DNA from: Trueperaceae bacterium
Lineage (GTDB): Bacteria; Deinococcota; Deinococci; Deinococcales; Trueperaceae
Direction: 5' to 3'
DNA: 43,572 nucleotides
Assembly (NCBI GenBank): GCA_040905465.1
Contig: JBBDRK010000031.1
Coordinates: 1-43,572, forward strand
A program made the translations under genes and the position numbers. Below are positions 28,106 to 37,920 of this stretch, in pieces. The notes under the pieces are model-generated. The model was not told where the DNA came from. It searched no databases and saw only the letters and a program-made list of their open reading frames with translations. The first letter of the stretch is position 1, and each line of letters opens with the position of its first letter.

Positions 28106-28900
28106 GTGGGCGAAGTGAGATCGGTCTGTTATCGGGAACTGACTCGCGAAGAGATCGGTGAGATCGCCCCGCGTGCCACCGCCGTCTTGCCGGTTGCGGC
28201 CATCGAGCAACATGGTCCGCATCTGCCGGTATGGGTGGACGCACTCGTGGCTGAGCGCCTGGCACTTGCCGCCGGTGAGAGGATCGCGGATTCTGCCCCG
28301 GTCGTCATCTGCCCAACCGTGTCGTTCGGCGCTTCCCACCATCACCTGGTCTTCCCGGGGGCGCTGTCGCTTTCCCGAGACACGCTACTGCGCGTTCTGG
28401 CCGATCTAACCGACTCGCTCGTGTCGAGCGGATTTCGAAGCATATTCATACTGAACTGTCACGGCGGCAACGAAGAGGTGGTCCGCATGGCGGCGCGCGA
28501 GCTGGTTCTGCGCCACAGCCTTGCCGTCGGCGCGGGTTCGTACTGGACCATCGCCTGGGAATCGCTGATCGACGGCGGCGCCGGCGACGTCGGCCGGGTG
28601 CCCGGTCACGCCGGCGGCTTCGAGACATCGCTGATGCTGGCGCTGGAGCCGGAGTTGGTGCGAAGGGAGCGCCTGCCTTCATCGCACGGGGGCGTGGTCA
28701 GCGGGCCGCCGGTCGAGCCGACCGGTCTGCCGCTGACCCTTCATTCCGGCAGCTGGAAAGCTGCCGACGGCTACAGCGACGACGCGTCGCGGGCATCGGG
28801 CGAGCACGGCGAGCGTTTCTTCGAGGGGATCGTCAACCGCCTGGCCGACCACCTGCTGCGGTTCCACCGTCGGGCGCTGGGTGAAGCGGATGTGCAGTAG
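28106..28900 (+). CDS. Creatininase / MftE family amidohydrolase
   Basis: EQHGPHLP..D, SHHH, NCHGGN, GHAGGFETS. Confidence 0.9.
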   Translation: MGEVRSVCYRELTREEIGEIAPRATAVLPVAAIEQHGPHLPVWVDALVAERLALAAGERIADSAPVVICPTVSFGASHHHLVFPGALSLSRDTLLRVLADLTDSLVSSGFRSIFILNCHGGNEEVVRMAARELVLRHSLAVGAGSYWTIAWESLIDGGAGDVGRVPGHAGGFETSLMLALEPELVRRERLPSSHGGVVSGPPVEPTGLPLTLHSGSWKAADGYSDDASRASGEHGERFFEGIVNRLADHLLRFHRRALGEADVQ

Positions 28901-28936
28901 CGCGGGCCGCTCCGGCCCTGAAGGAGGGAACAGCGC

Positions 28937-29863
28937 ATGTCTACGGTCGACTTGAGAGCTCGCCTCAAGAACGTTCACGCCTATCCCACGACGCCGTTCA
29001 ATCACGCCAACCTGTCGGAACTGGACGAAGACGGCCTGCGCCGGAACCTCGAGTTCCTGGTCCATCACGGGGTAAGGGTCATCAACGCGGGTGGCGGCAC
29101 CGCCGAGGTCGAGGCGCTCAGCCCCGAGGAGCTCGTGATGCTGGTCCGTACAACGTTCCAGGTGACGGCGTTCCATATGACGGAGGGCCGCTCCCTGGTT
29201 TTGCCCACCTTGCCGGGCAATCTGGCGGTGGCTCTCGACCTGATCCCCAGGTATGAGGAGCTGGGGGCGGAGGTGCTGCTCGCCATGCCGCCGTTCATCC
29301 GCAACCAGGTTCCCGGCGACCTCGAGGGCGTCGCCAACTACCTGGAGACGCTCGGCGCAGCCACCCGGTTGCCGCTCATCCCCTACAACACCCAGGGCTG
29401 GCCACTCGAATTCTTCGAACGTCTGTCCGAGATCGACAGCATCATCGCCATCAAGGATCCGATGCACCAGCCGCACGTGCTGTTCAGGGCGATCAGCCGC
29501 CTGGGTGACCGTTTCGTCTGGATCGGCAACAAACGCTACGATCCGGCCGTCCTGCACTACAGGTACATGTCCGGCATCGAAGGGTTCACCGCCGGGATAA
29601 TCAATTTCGCGCCCGCATTCGAGCTCGACCTCCACGAGGCTGCGCTTGCAAGCGACTGGCCCCGGATGGAGAAAATCCAACTCGGCCTCGCCGGTCTCGA
29701 CCGGCTCCGCACCGCCTACGGTGACGCGGTGATCAAGACAGGCCTCGACCTCGTGGGCCTGGCCGGGGGCAGGATGCGTCCGCCGCGACTGGACCTGCCG
29801 CAGGCGGTTCGCGACCAGGTCCGGAGCGAACTTCTTCAGCTGGAGCTGGAGGTGATCGCCTAG
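28937..29863 (+). CDS. DHDPS/N-acetylneuraminate lyase family protein (KDG dehydratase-like)
   Basis: PTTPF, GGGTAE, IPYN, AIKD Schiff-base Lys, RPPR. Confidence 0.82.
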   Translation: MSTVDLRARLKNVHAYPTTPFNHANLSELDEDGLRRNLEFLVHHGVRVINAGGGTAEVEALSPEELVMLVRTTFQVTAFHMTEGRSLVLPTLPGNLAVALDLIPRYEELGAEVLLAMPPFIRNQVPGDLEGVANYLETLGAATRLPLIPYNTQGWPLEFFERLSEIDSIIAIKDPMHQPHVLFRAISRLGDRFVWIGNKRYDPAVLHYRYMSGIEGFTAGIINFAPAFELDLHEAALASDWPRMEKIQLGLAGLDRLRTAYGDAVIKTGLDLVGLAGGRMRPPRLDLPQAVRDQVRSELLQLELEVIA

Positions 29864-29948
29864 CTCGGGAGCCGGACAGCCAGCCACCTGTGCCAGGACG
29901 CTTTGCGTTGCCAGCCGCCAGGCCGGCCTCGCCGGAAAGGGAGGGAAA

Positions 29949-30431
29949 ATGCCGCAGAAGAGACGCCGTATCCGCCTGACGTTCGTTGCCACCGGAGAAT
30001 CGGTGATCGCCGAACTGCTCGATGACGAAGCCCCCGCCACCTGTGAGTTGGTATGGAACATGCTTCCGCTGGAGCACGATCTCTATCACGGACGCTTCTC
30101 CGGATCCGAGGTATTCGTCCTCCTCGACGACGCCCCGGAAGTACCGCCCGAGCAGCGCTGCCACATGCCGTTGCCGGGCGAGATCCTGTACTGGCGTGAC
30201 GAAGGAACGGCGGTCACCTCCGGTGGCCGGCCCGTTGCCGAGATCGTTATGGCGTTCGGACGGGCGGTGCGGCTAGGCGGGCCCGAAGGCATGCCGAGCT
30301 ACGGCAATCTCTTTGCCCGGGTTCCCGGCGACTGGAAGTACGACTGGACGGAGTTCGCCGAAGCCTGCCGGCGCGTCCGCACCGGAGGACTCACTCCCCT
30401 GCGCGTGGAACGCCTGGAAGATGGCGAGTGA
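29949..30431 (+). CDS. DUF3830 family (cyclophilin-like fold) protein
   Basis: AELLDDEAPATC...LP, HGRFSGSE, PGEILY, GNLFA. Confidence 0.8.
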   Translation: MPQKRRRIRLTFVATGESVIAELLDDEAPATCELVWNMLPLEHDLYHGRFSGSEVFVLLDDAPEVPPEQRCHMPLPGEILYWRDEGTAVTSGGRPVAEIVMAFGRAVRLGGPEGMPSYGNLFARVPGDWKYDWTEFAEACRRVRTGGLTPLRVERLEDGE

Positions 30432-31474
30432 AGATGAAGCCCGATCGACGGGAGCAGGTGATGAGCCTTCACGGAAAGGTGCCGGTCATCGATTGCCACA
30501 ACGACAGCCTGCACGGCGTGCTGTTCGGTGATGTCCGGTACAACGCCCTGCAGCACCGTCCGGCGACGCCGCGCCGGCTTTGGGAGAAGGGCAGGTCCGG
30601 TCACTGGGACTTCCCGCGAGCCTTGGAGGCCGGCCAGACCGGCCAGGTGACCAACATCCTGATCCCATGGGTAAAGGACGGCTCCCACGTCAACGCCATC
30701 CTCAAGTCCTATCGACAACTGGTGGCCGACCTCGAAGCGGCGCCGCAGATGGCCCTGCTTGCCACAACCGCGGCCGACTTCGAGAGGGCCCACGCCGAGG
30801 GCAAGGTAGCCGTGCTGCTGAGCATCGAAGGAGCGGAGGGGATCGCCGGCGACATCGATCTCCTGCACGTCTATCACCGCCTAGGAGTGAGGGCGATGGG
30901 ACTCACCTGGATGTATCGGAACGAAGTGGCGGAGGGCAACTGGGAAGACACCGGCGCAGGGCTTTCCGGGTTCGGGCGAGAAGTCGTGAGTGAGATGAAT
31001 GGGCTGAAGATGCTGGTCGACGTAGCGCACTCGACCGAGCAGACCTTCTGGGACACCCTGGAGACCTCCACCGCGCCGGTGATCTGCTCGCACACCTCGT
31101 GCCGTTCACTGGTCAAGGATTTTCATGACCATGCTCCCAGCCGTTATCTGAGCGACGAGCAGATGAAGCAGTTGGCCGCCAACGGGGGCGTCTTGGGAGT
31201 CTTCTTCAGCGCCAATCGCGAGCTCGACGATGACGAAGCCGACACCACCGACCTTGCACGCTTCATAGCCCACGCCGCTACCGTCTGCGGCCCAGAGCAC
31301 GTAGGGCTCGGTTCCGACCTCGACGGCGGCTTTCCGCCGCACGGACTGGAGGATATTCGCGGCCTGCCGAACCTGACCAGCGCGCTCATCGATGAAGGCT
31401 TTTCCGAGTCGGAGTTGCTCGGGATCCTCGGCGGCAACTGGTTGAGGGTCTTCCGTGAGGTGCTGGGTGCATGA
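30428..31474 (+). CDS. Membrane dipeptidase (M19) family protein
   Basis: IDCHND, SIEGAE, DVAH, CSHTS, GSDLDG, GGNWLRV. Confidence 0.9.
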   Translation: MKMKPDRREQVMSLHGKVPVIDCHNDSLHGVLFGDVRYNALQHRPATPRRLWEKGRSGHWDFPRALEAGQTGQVTNILIPWVKDGSHVNAILKSYRQLVADLEAAPQMALLATTAADFERAHAEGKVAVLLSIEGAEGIAGDIDLLHVYHRLGVRAMGLTWMYRNEVAEGNWEDTGAGLSGFGREVVSEMNGLKMLVDVAHSTEQTFWDTLETSTAPVICSHTSCRSLVKDFHDHAPSRYLSDEQMKQLAANGGVLGVFFSANRELDDDEADTTDLARFIAHAATVCGPEHVGLGSDLDGGFPPHGLEDIRGLPNLTSALIDEGFSESELLGILGGNWLRVFREVLGA

Positions 31475-33546
31475 TCACGTTCGGGCCATGGTCGTCGCGC
31501 CTCGATCGACCTGATCGGCTGTCGCTTAGCGAGCGGCGGAGCCGCCACGGCGGCGTAGTCCTCACCGGCCCAGACGAAGCGGTCGCCGGTGCGAAGGTGA
31601 ATCTGCGGTTCGAATATCGGGCGGGGCAAGAGGGCCTGGGCGGCGGGTCGCAGTTGGGCATGGCCTGGCGACTTCCCGGCGACTGGGGCGAACCACAATG
31701 GGACAGCGCCAGCGAACCGAACTACTTCGCGTCGACAACCGTGCCAGTGGAGTTCGAGTTCGGGCACCGCGGCGGCCCGGCGCCTTGGAATCACCTGCTC
31801 ACCCTTACTCTCCCGGAGGAACTGCCCCCGAACGCCCGTCTCGGCCTGGAGTGCCGAGGCTGGGAGGTGCAGACGGCCGTCCACCGCGCCCACCCGTTCC
31901 TGTGGATGATACGAGAGGAAGCCGGGGCCGACTGGACCCGCCTCCCCGATACGCCGGAGCTGCCGATCGTGGCCGGCCAGCCCAGGGAGTGGACGCTGGT
32001 GTGCCCCTCGGAGTGCCTGACAGGTGAGGCCTTCACCCTGGTCGCCTGTCGCAAGGATGTCTGGGGCAATCCGAGTTCCGGTTCGACACCGCCAGAGCTG
32101 ACTGCCCGGGCGCTCGAGGTGCTCGACAGGCGGCGGCGCGGGGCCGCCGACATCTGGGAGATCAGCGCGCGTCTGGCCGAGGCCGGCCTGTATCGGATTC
32201 GCCTTGGAGAGGTCGAGGGAAACCCGATGCGCTGTCTCGATGCGCCCTCCGCGAATTCGACCCTCTGGGGCGATATGCACGGGGGCCAGTGCGACCTGGG
32301 CTGTGGACAGGGCGACCTGGACGAATATTTCACCTTCGCCCGGCACGTGGCCAGGCTCGATTTCGCATCGCATCAGGCGAACGACGTCTATGTCGCTCGC
32401 GACGACTGGCATTACACCCGGCAGGTCACCGAGGCACACCACCAGCCGGGCAGCTTCATCTCGTATCTCGGCTGCGAATGGACGTCGATGCCTCCGGGAG
32501 GCGGCGATCGAAACGTCTTCTACCTGCACGACCAGCCCGAGCTCTATCGCGCCGCGCGGTGGCACGAGGGTGGTGGCGACGACTGGCCGCTGGCTTCCAC
32601 GCCGCCCGAGCTCTACTCCCGACTGGCCCGGACCGATGCGCTGATAAACCTGCACGTCGGTGGTTTCACGTCGGACCTCCGTTGGCACGAACCACGGCTC
32701 GAGCGCATGATCGAGATACATTCGACCCATGCCACCTCGCGCTGGTTCGTCGAGGATGCGGTAGCGCGGGGTTTGCGTCCCGCGATCACGGCTGGGAGCG
32801 ACAGTATCAGCGGCAGACCGGGGTCCGATCACCCTGGTCGCCGACAGTCACGCAATCTGTCCAACGGCCTGACGGCCGTCCGGGCGGCAGGCTGCGACCG
32901 CAATTCGATCTGGGAGGCGCTCCGTGACGGCAGTTGTTACGCCACTACCGGGGCGCGGATGTTACTCGACGTGCGGCGCGAAGCGTCGGACCTGGTCGTA
33001 GATGCAGTCGGCACCGCCGCCATCGAGGAGATCATCGTTCGGCGCGGTGGCGAGGTGGTCGTTCGGCGGCCGCTGGCTCGTCTCCACCCTCGGCGGCTGC
33101 GGCTCTCCTGGTGGGGCAGCCGGGAAAAAGGCACGACCAGGGATCAGAGACTTCAATGGGACGGGACTCTCCACGCCGATGCAGCTCTGGAGGTGTCCTC
33201 GTTGAGCGGTTTCATCGCGCCGATCGATACCCTGGCTGGATCCGGCAGCCAGGACCTGGCATGGCGGAGTGTGACGGCCGGCAACCGTGCCAGCATCGAC
33301 TTCACGTCGCAGGCGCAACACTTCGAGTGCAGAACGCCGGTGCACAGCTTCAGCTGTGACCGGGGCGGATACTACTCGGCCCTGCCGGAGGTCGTCGACG
33401 GTGGCATCAGCCTCGGCCCTGCGCCAGACCAGGAAGGGGCCCGCGAAGCTTCGGTCCGGATCCGGCTGGCCGGGGAAGGCGTGTATTGGGTGGAGGTGAT
33501 GCAGGTGGACGGCAACGCAGCATTCTGGGGGGTGATCGAGATATGA
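31471..33546 (+). CDS. DUF3604 / PHP-like metallohydrolase domain protein
   Basis: LWGDMHG, SHQAND, GCEWT, GGDRNVF, HVGG, EIHS, GRPG, GLTAV, YATTG. Confidence 0.72.
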   Translation: MITFGPWSSRLDRPDRLSLSERRSRHGGVVLTGPDEAVAGAKVNLRFEYRAGQEGLGGGSQLGMAWRLPGDWGEPQWDSASEPNYFASTTVPVEFEFGHRGGPAPWNHLLTLTLPEELPPNARLGLECRGWEVQTAVHRAHPFLWMIREEAGADWTRLPDTPELPIVAGQPREWTLVCPSECLTGEAFTLVACRKDVWGNPSSGSTPPELTARALEVLDRRRRGAADIWEISARLAEAGLYRIRLGEVEGNPMRCLDAPSANSTLWGDMHGGQCDLGCGQGDLDEYFTFARHVARLDFASHQANDVYVARDDWHYTRQVTEAHHQPGSFISYLGCEWTSMPPGGGDRNVFYLHDQPELYRAARWHEGGGDDWPLASTPPELYSRLARTDALINLHVGGFTSDLRWHEPRLERMIEIHSTHATSRWFVEDAVARGLRPAITAGSDSISGRPGSDHPGRRQSRNLSNGLTAVRAAGCDRNSIWEALRDGSCYATTGARMLLDVRREASDLVVDAVGTAAIEEIIVRRGGEVVVRRPLARLHPRRLRLSWWGSREKGTTRDQRLQWDGTLHADAALEVSSLSGFIAPIDTLAGSGSQDLAWRSVTAGNRASIDFTSQAQHFECRTPVHSFSCDRGGYYSALPEVVDGGISLGPAPDQEGAREASVRIRLAGEGVYWVEVMQVDGNAAFWGVIEI

Positions 33547-34586
33547 CGCCCGAGCGAGACGAGCACGTGGCACGGTTGCACCGCGAGGCGATCATTATCG
33601 ATGGCCACAACGACAGCCTGCGGGCATCAGCTGTCGGCGATCCCCGCTACAACCCGCTTCCCGACGGCCCTGCACGGCCAAGGCGGATGTGGGAGCAGGG
33701 AGCGAGCGGTCATTGGGACTTCCCCCGCGCACTGGAAGCCGGCCAGTCCGGCCAGATCACCAACATCCTGGTTCCGAGGCCCCGGGAAGGACCGTTCGCT
33801 CGCACCTGCCTGAAGAGCCACCATCGTGCCCTTGCCGACCTGGAGCACGCCCCGCGGCTCGCCTTGCTTGCAAAGACGACGAGCGACCTGGAGCGTGCCC
33901 ATCGGGATGGCGTCGTGGGGCTGGTGCTGGCAATCGAAGGAGCCGAGGCTCTCGAAGGTGACCTGGACATGCTGCATGTGTACTACCGTCTCGGCGTGCG
34001 CATGCTCGGCCTCACCTGGATGTATCGAAATGAGGTGGCCGAGGGAAACTGGGAAGACACCGGCGCCGGCCTATCGGGGTTCGGGGCCGAGGTTGTCCGC
34101 GAGATGAACGAGCTGGGAATCGCGGTTGACGTTGCGCACGCGACCGAGCAGACGTTCTGGGACACCTTGGAAGCGTCGACCGCGCCTGTCGTTTGTTCGC
34201 ACGGTTCGTGCCGCAGTCTGGTCGAGAATTTCGACGATCACGCGCCGAGCCGCTACCTGAGTGACGATCAAATGAAGGCCTTGGCGGGGCAGGGGGGAGT
34301 GTTGGGGGTGTTCTTCAGCGCCAACCGCGAACTGGCCAAGCCCGAGGCCGACGTGAGCGACCTCGCGCGGTTCTTTGCGCATGCCGCGGAGGTGATGGGC
34401 CCGGAGCACGTCGCACTGGGATCCGACTTCGACGGGGGATTCCCGCCGCCAGGCCTGGAAGACGTGCGCGGCCTACCCAACCTGACCAGCGCGCTCATCG
34501 ATCTCGGCTTCTCCGATTCCGAGCTGCTCGGCATCCTGGGAGGCAACTGGCTCAGGGTGTTGAGGACTGTGTGGGACTCGCCGTGA
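33543..34586 (+). CDS. Membrane dipeptidase (M19) family protein, close paralogue of 30428..31474
   Basis: IDGHND, AIEGAE, DVAH, CSHGS, GSDFDG; ATGA coupling. Confidence 0.9.
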   Translation: MTPERDEHVARLHREAIIIDGHNDSLRASAVGDPRYNPLPDGPARPRRMWEQGASGHWDFPRALEAGQSGQITNILVPRPREGPFARTCLKSHHRALADLEHAPRLALLAKTTSDLERAHRDGVVGLVLAIEGAEALEGDLDMLHVYYRLGVRMLGLTWMYRNEVAEGNWEDTGAGLSGFGAEVVREMNELGIAVDVAHATEQTFWDTLEASTAPVVCSHGSCRSLVENFDDHAPSRYLSDDQMKALAGQGGVLGVFFSANRELAKPEADVSDLARFFAHAAEVMGPEHVALGSDFDGGFPPPGLEDVRGLPNLTSALIDLGFSDSELLGILGGNWLRVLRTVWDSP

Positions 34587-35377
34587 ACGCGTTTGAGATC
34601 CTGGACGCGCACACCCACGTAGGAAGCGCGGCTTCGACCTGGAGCTTCTCCGACCACGATTACACTGCCGAGGAGCTGGTCGACCACATGGATCGCTGCG
34701 GAGTGACGGCCGCGGTGCTGATGGGGGGCGGCAGGCCCGACACGCTGCCGCTGATGAACGAGCGCTGCCGGGAGGCGGTGTCGGCCTACCCTCACCGTTT
34801 CTTCGGGTTCGTGCGCGTACACCCGTACCTCCCAGCATGGGAGGCGGAGCTCGAGCTTTACGTCATGGAGCACGGGTTCCGGGGCATCAAGCTGCACCCG
34901 ACCCAAGACGCTTACGAGATCCTCGACTTCCGGGTCGACCGAGTCATGGAGCGGGCGGCCGCTTGGAAATTGCCGGTGATGGTGCATTCGGGAACGATTC
35001 CCTATGCCATGCCCGGCCAGATCGCCGACCTGGCCGCCCGTCACCCCGACGTTACGGTGATCATGGCCCACGCCGGGTCGTTGGAACTCTATCAGCACGC
35101 TATCCCTTCGGCGCAACGGGTCTCAAACCTGATCCTGGAGTTCTCCATGCTGATCCCGTCGGCAGCCAGGCGCGCGATCGACGCCATCGGCGCGGACCGG
35201 GTGCTCTATGGATCAAATTGGCCGGCTACCAGCATGCGAACCTGGATCGAGACGGTGAAGTCGCTGCCGACGTTTACCGACCTCGAGAAGGCGAACCTGA
35301 TGGGACGGAACCTGCGACGACTCATCGATGCGTCCGGCCCCAGTGGCAGCGTGGGGGAACAAGATGCGAATCATTGA
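34583..35377 (+). CDS. Amidohydrolase family protein (Amidohydro_2), beta-8 Asp->Asn
   Basis: DAHTH, GIKLHP, VHSG, AHAG, YGSNWP; GTGA coupling. Confidence 0.85.
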   Translation: MNAFEILDAHTHVGSAASTWSFSDHDYTAEELVDHMDRCGVTAAVLMGGGRPDTLPLMNERCREAVSAYPHRFFGFVRVHPYLPAWEAELELYVMEHGFRGIKLHPTQDAYEILDFRVDRVMERAAAWKLPVMVHSGTIPYAMPGQIADLAARHPDVTVIMAHAGSLELYQHAIPSAQRVSNLILEFSMLIPSAARRAIDAIGADRVLYGSNWPATSMRTWIETVKSLPTFTDLEKANLMGRNLRRLIDASGPSGSVGEQDANH

Positions 35378-36161
35378 CGCTCACGCGCATCTGAACCTGG
35401 AGCTGTACCCTCGCTCCCTCGAAGAAGCCGCCAGTCAGCGGGAGGTTGGAGCCGAACCTCTCATTGCGGAGATGGATCGCTGGGGAGTGGACGTGGTCTG
35501 TCTGATGGGTGGAGCGCCGTTCCGCTGGTGGAATTGGCAGCGACTTCCACACGGCGGGAACGAGGAGGTGCTCGCGGCGATGCGCAGCTACCCGGACCGG
35601 GTGGTGGGCTACTACATCCCCGACTCGTACGGCGAGCCAGCGACCGTCCGCCGGCAGCTGCGCGAGGCCGTCGAGGATTTCGGGTTTCGCGGCATCAAGA
35701 TCCACTCCTGGCTATCGGCGCATCATGCCGATGCCGATCTGCTTGACGTCGTCTTCGAGTTCGCGCACGAGCGCGAGCTGCCGCTGATCTTCCACTCGGG
35801 GACGATCCCCTACAGCACACCGGCGCAGATGTTCCACGTTGCCAAACGCTATCCGGGCATCAAGGTCATCCTCGGCCATGGCGGCAAGACGGACCTGAAT
35901 GCGGACTGCCTGGCGCTCGCCCACTACGCCGACAATCTCTATATCGAGTCGAGTGGCCAACCCAACAAGGTGTTTCTGGAGCGCTTCATTCGAGATCACG
36001 GCGCCGAGCGGGTACTGTTCGGAACCGATTGGCTGTCGCCGCTGGGCAGCAAGCTCCCCGCCCGCCTTATCGAAATCGAGGAACTGGACATCAGTGCCGC
36101 TGAGCGCGAGGACATCCTCGGCCGCAACGCAGCGCGGCTGTTCCGGCTGGACGATCGCTGA
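35364..36161 (+). CDS. Amidohydrolase family protein (Amidohydro_2)
   Basis: IDAHAH, GIKIH, FHSG, GHGG, FGTDW. Confidence 0.87.
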   Translation: MRIIDAHAHLNLELYPRSLEEAASQREVGAEPLIAEMDRWGVDVVCLMGGAPFRWWNWQRLPHGGNEEVLAAMRSYPDRVVGYYIPDSYGEPATVRRQLREAVEDFGFRGIKIHSWLSAHHADADLLDVVFEFAHERELPLIFHSGTIPYSTPAQMFHVAKRYPGIKVILGHGGKTDLNADCLALAHYADNLYIESSGQPNKVFLERFIRDHGAERVLFGTDWLSPLGSKLPARLIEIEELDISAAEREDILGRNAARLFRLDDR

Positions 36162-36225
36162 CGGGCCGGGCACAGGGAGCAGCGACGGCCTCCGACCGGC
36201 TCGTTCTCAGGCCGCAGGGCATCCA

Positions 36226-36261
36226 TTGACAGCTATTTTCGATTTGCGATATGATATACCA
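36226..36261 (+). promoter_or_regulatory. Sigma70-like promoter with overlapping operator (unit 2, site 2)
   Basis: TTGACA (36226)-18 bp-TATGAT (36250); TGCGATATGATATACCA at 36245-36261. Confidence 0.75.
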
Positions 36262-36334
36262 ACCTCCGCTAGTCGGAAATCGAGTTCGCGAGACCCGGTA
36301 AAGGGGAGGATTGTCGCTGAAGGAGGGTCAACGA

Positions 36335-37882
36335 ATGCGCATCCGTAGATTCGGACTTCTCGCCATTCTGCTGGTTGCCGGTGCTGTCACGACCTCGGCA
36401 CTGGCACAAGCCAGTCCGTCCGGAACGTTGGTGGTGGCGCTCGACGCTACGCCGGCCAACCTGGACCAGATGTCCAACACCACCCTCGAAGTCGTGTTCC
36501 CCGCCGGTCACATCTACGAAACCCTGTTCGCATTCGATACCAGCTTCAGGCCCCAACCGGGACTGGTCGAGAGCTATGAGGTCGACGAGACCGGCAGTAC
36601 CTGGACGTTCACCCTGCGCCAGGGAGTTCTCTTTCACAACGGCGACACAATGACGGTCGACGATGTCGAGGCGTCCTACAACCGTTGGCGCACGACCAGC
36701 CAGATCGCTCGGCAGTGGGATGACGTCATTTTCGAGCGAATCGACGACAACACGTTCCGCCTGGTCTCGCTTACCGCTCGCGGCAATATGCTGTTCGATC
36801 TCGCGCAGACCTCTCAGGCGCTGGTGATCTCGCCGGCCGAGGTGATCGAAGGCGTCGCCGCCAACGAACTGACCGAGTACATCGGCACGGGACCGTTCAT
36901 GTTCGACAGCATGGTCCCCGACCAATACGTGCGCGTGCGGGCCTTCCCCGACTACGTCTCGCGGGACGAACCGTCAAGCGGCCGCGCCGGCGGCAAAGAG
37001 GCGCTGGTGGAGATGGTGGAGTTTCGCATCATCAAGGATGTTCCCACCCGCGTGGCTGCCTTGCGTGCCGGGGAGATCGACGTCGTGCCCGCGGGCATCT
37101 CGGGTTCCGATCGCCCCACCCTCGAGGCCGATCCCGACATAACGGTGCAGATCGTCCGCGGCTTCCAGAAGTGGGGACCGATCTTCAACGGCGCCCGGCC
37201 ACTGGGCGGCAACCAGGTGCTCCGCCAGGCCGTCGCGGCGGTCCTGGACCACGAGGAACTGGCGTTGGCCATGGTGGGGGACCCGGACCTGTTCGAGATC
37301 CACCCCGGCCTGCCGATCGCGGACTCGTTCTTCAGCAGCGACGTCGCCGCAGACTCGTTCGATCAGCGAGACCCCGACAAGGCCCGCCGCTTGCTCGAAG
37401 AGGCCGGCTACAACGGCGAAGAGCTGGTGATCATCTCGACCAAGTCGAACGTCCTGCAGGACAAGATGGCCACTGTCATGGAGGCCCAGCTCGAAGAAAT
37501 CGGAATGAATGTTCGCATCGACTGGTACGACGGCGCGACCATCAGGCAGGTGCGGACTCAGCCGGACCAATGGGACATCATTCCGGCTGGTTGGGGCACC
37601 ACCTTCGACCCGGCGATCTACGGACAGGCGTTCACCTGCGAGTCGGGTTCCTGGACCGGTCACTGCTATCCGGAACTCGACGAGATCTTCGAGCGCGCGG
37701 CCGAGGCGTTCGATCCCGGTGACCGCAAGGAGATCTACGAGGAGTTGCAGAGGGCCATGCTCGAGGAGTTCGTTCCGCAGATCCTGCTGGCTGATTTCCA
37801 TGCCCTCCGCGCCTACCGCTCCAACCTCAGTGGCGTGCAGGACTACAAAGACTTCATCGCCTGGAACGTAAGCAAAGAGTAG
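36335..37882 (+). CDS. ABC transporter substrate-binding protein, family 5 (Dpp/Opp/Nik-like)
   Basis: Signal peptide ending ALAQ; IYETLF, WTFTLRQGVLFHNG, IGTGPF; RBS AGGAGG. Confidence 0.9.
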   Translation: MRIRRFGLLAILLVAGAVTTSALAQASPSGTLVVALDATPANLDQMSNTTLEVVFPAGHIYETLFAFDTSFRPQPGLVESYEVDETGSTWTFTLRQGVLFHNGDTMTVDDVEASYNRWRTTSQIARQWDDVIFERIDDNTFRLVSLTARGNMLFDLAQTSQALVISPAEVIEGVAANELTEYIGTGPFMFDSMVPDQYVRVRAFPDYVSRDEPSSGRAGGKEALVEMVEFRIIKDVPTRVAALRAGEIDVVPAGISGSDRPTLEADPDITVQIVRGFQKWGPIFNGARPLGGNQVLRQAVAAVLDHEELALAMVGDPDLFEIHPGLPIADSFFSSDVAADSFDQRDPDKARRLLEEAGYNGEELVIISTKSNVLQDKMATVMEAQLEEIGMNVRIDWYDGATIRQVRTQPDQWDIIPAGWGTTFDPAIYGQAFTCESGSWTGHCYPELDEIFERAAEAFDPGDRKEIYEELQRAMLEEFVPQILLADFHALRAYRSNLSGVQDYKDFIAWNVSKE

Positions 37883-37920
37883 TCAAGTAAACGCTTGTTC
37901 GGGGAGACGAGGCCGATGAC

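Noticed and set aside
28106-28900. Mycofactocin or RiPP maturation cluster (MftE)
   Set aside because: No radical SAM enzyme, precursor peptide or MftB-like gene in the window
28679-32832. Long minus-strand ORFs (460 aa, 562 aa) and similar ones at 16532..17929 and 1025..2035
   Set aside because: Antisense shadows of well-supported genes, expected in high-GC DNA
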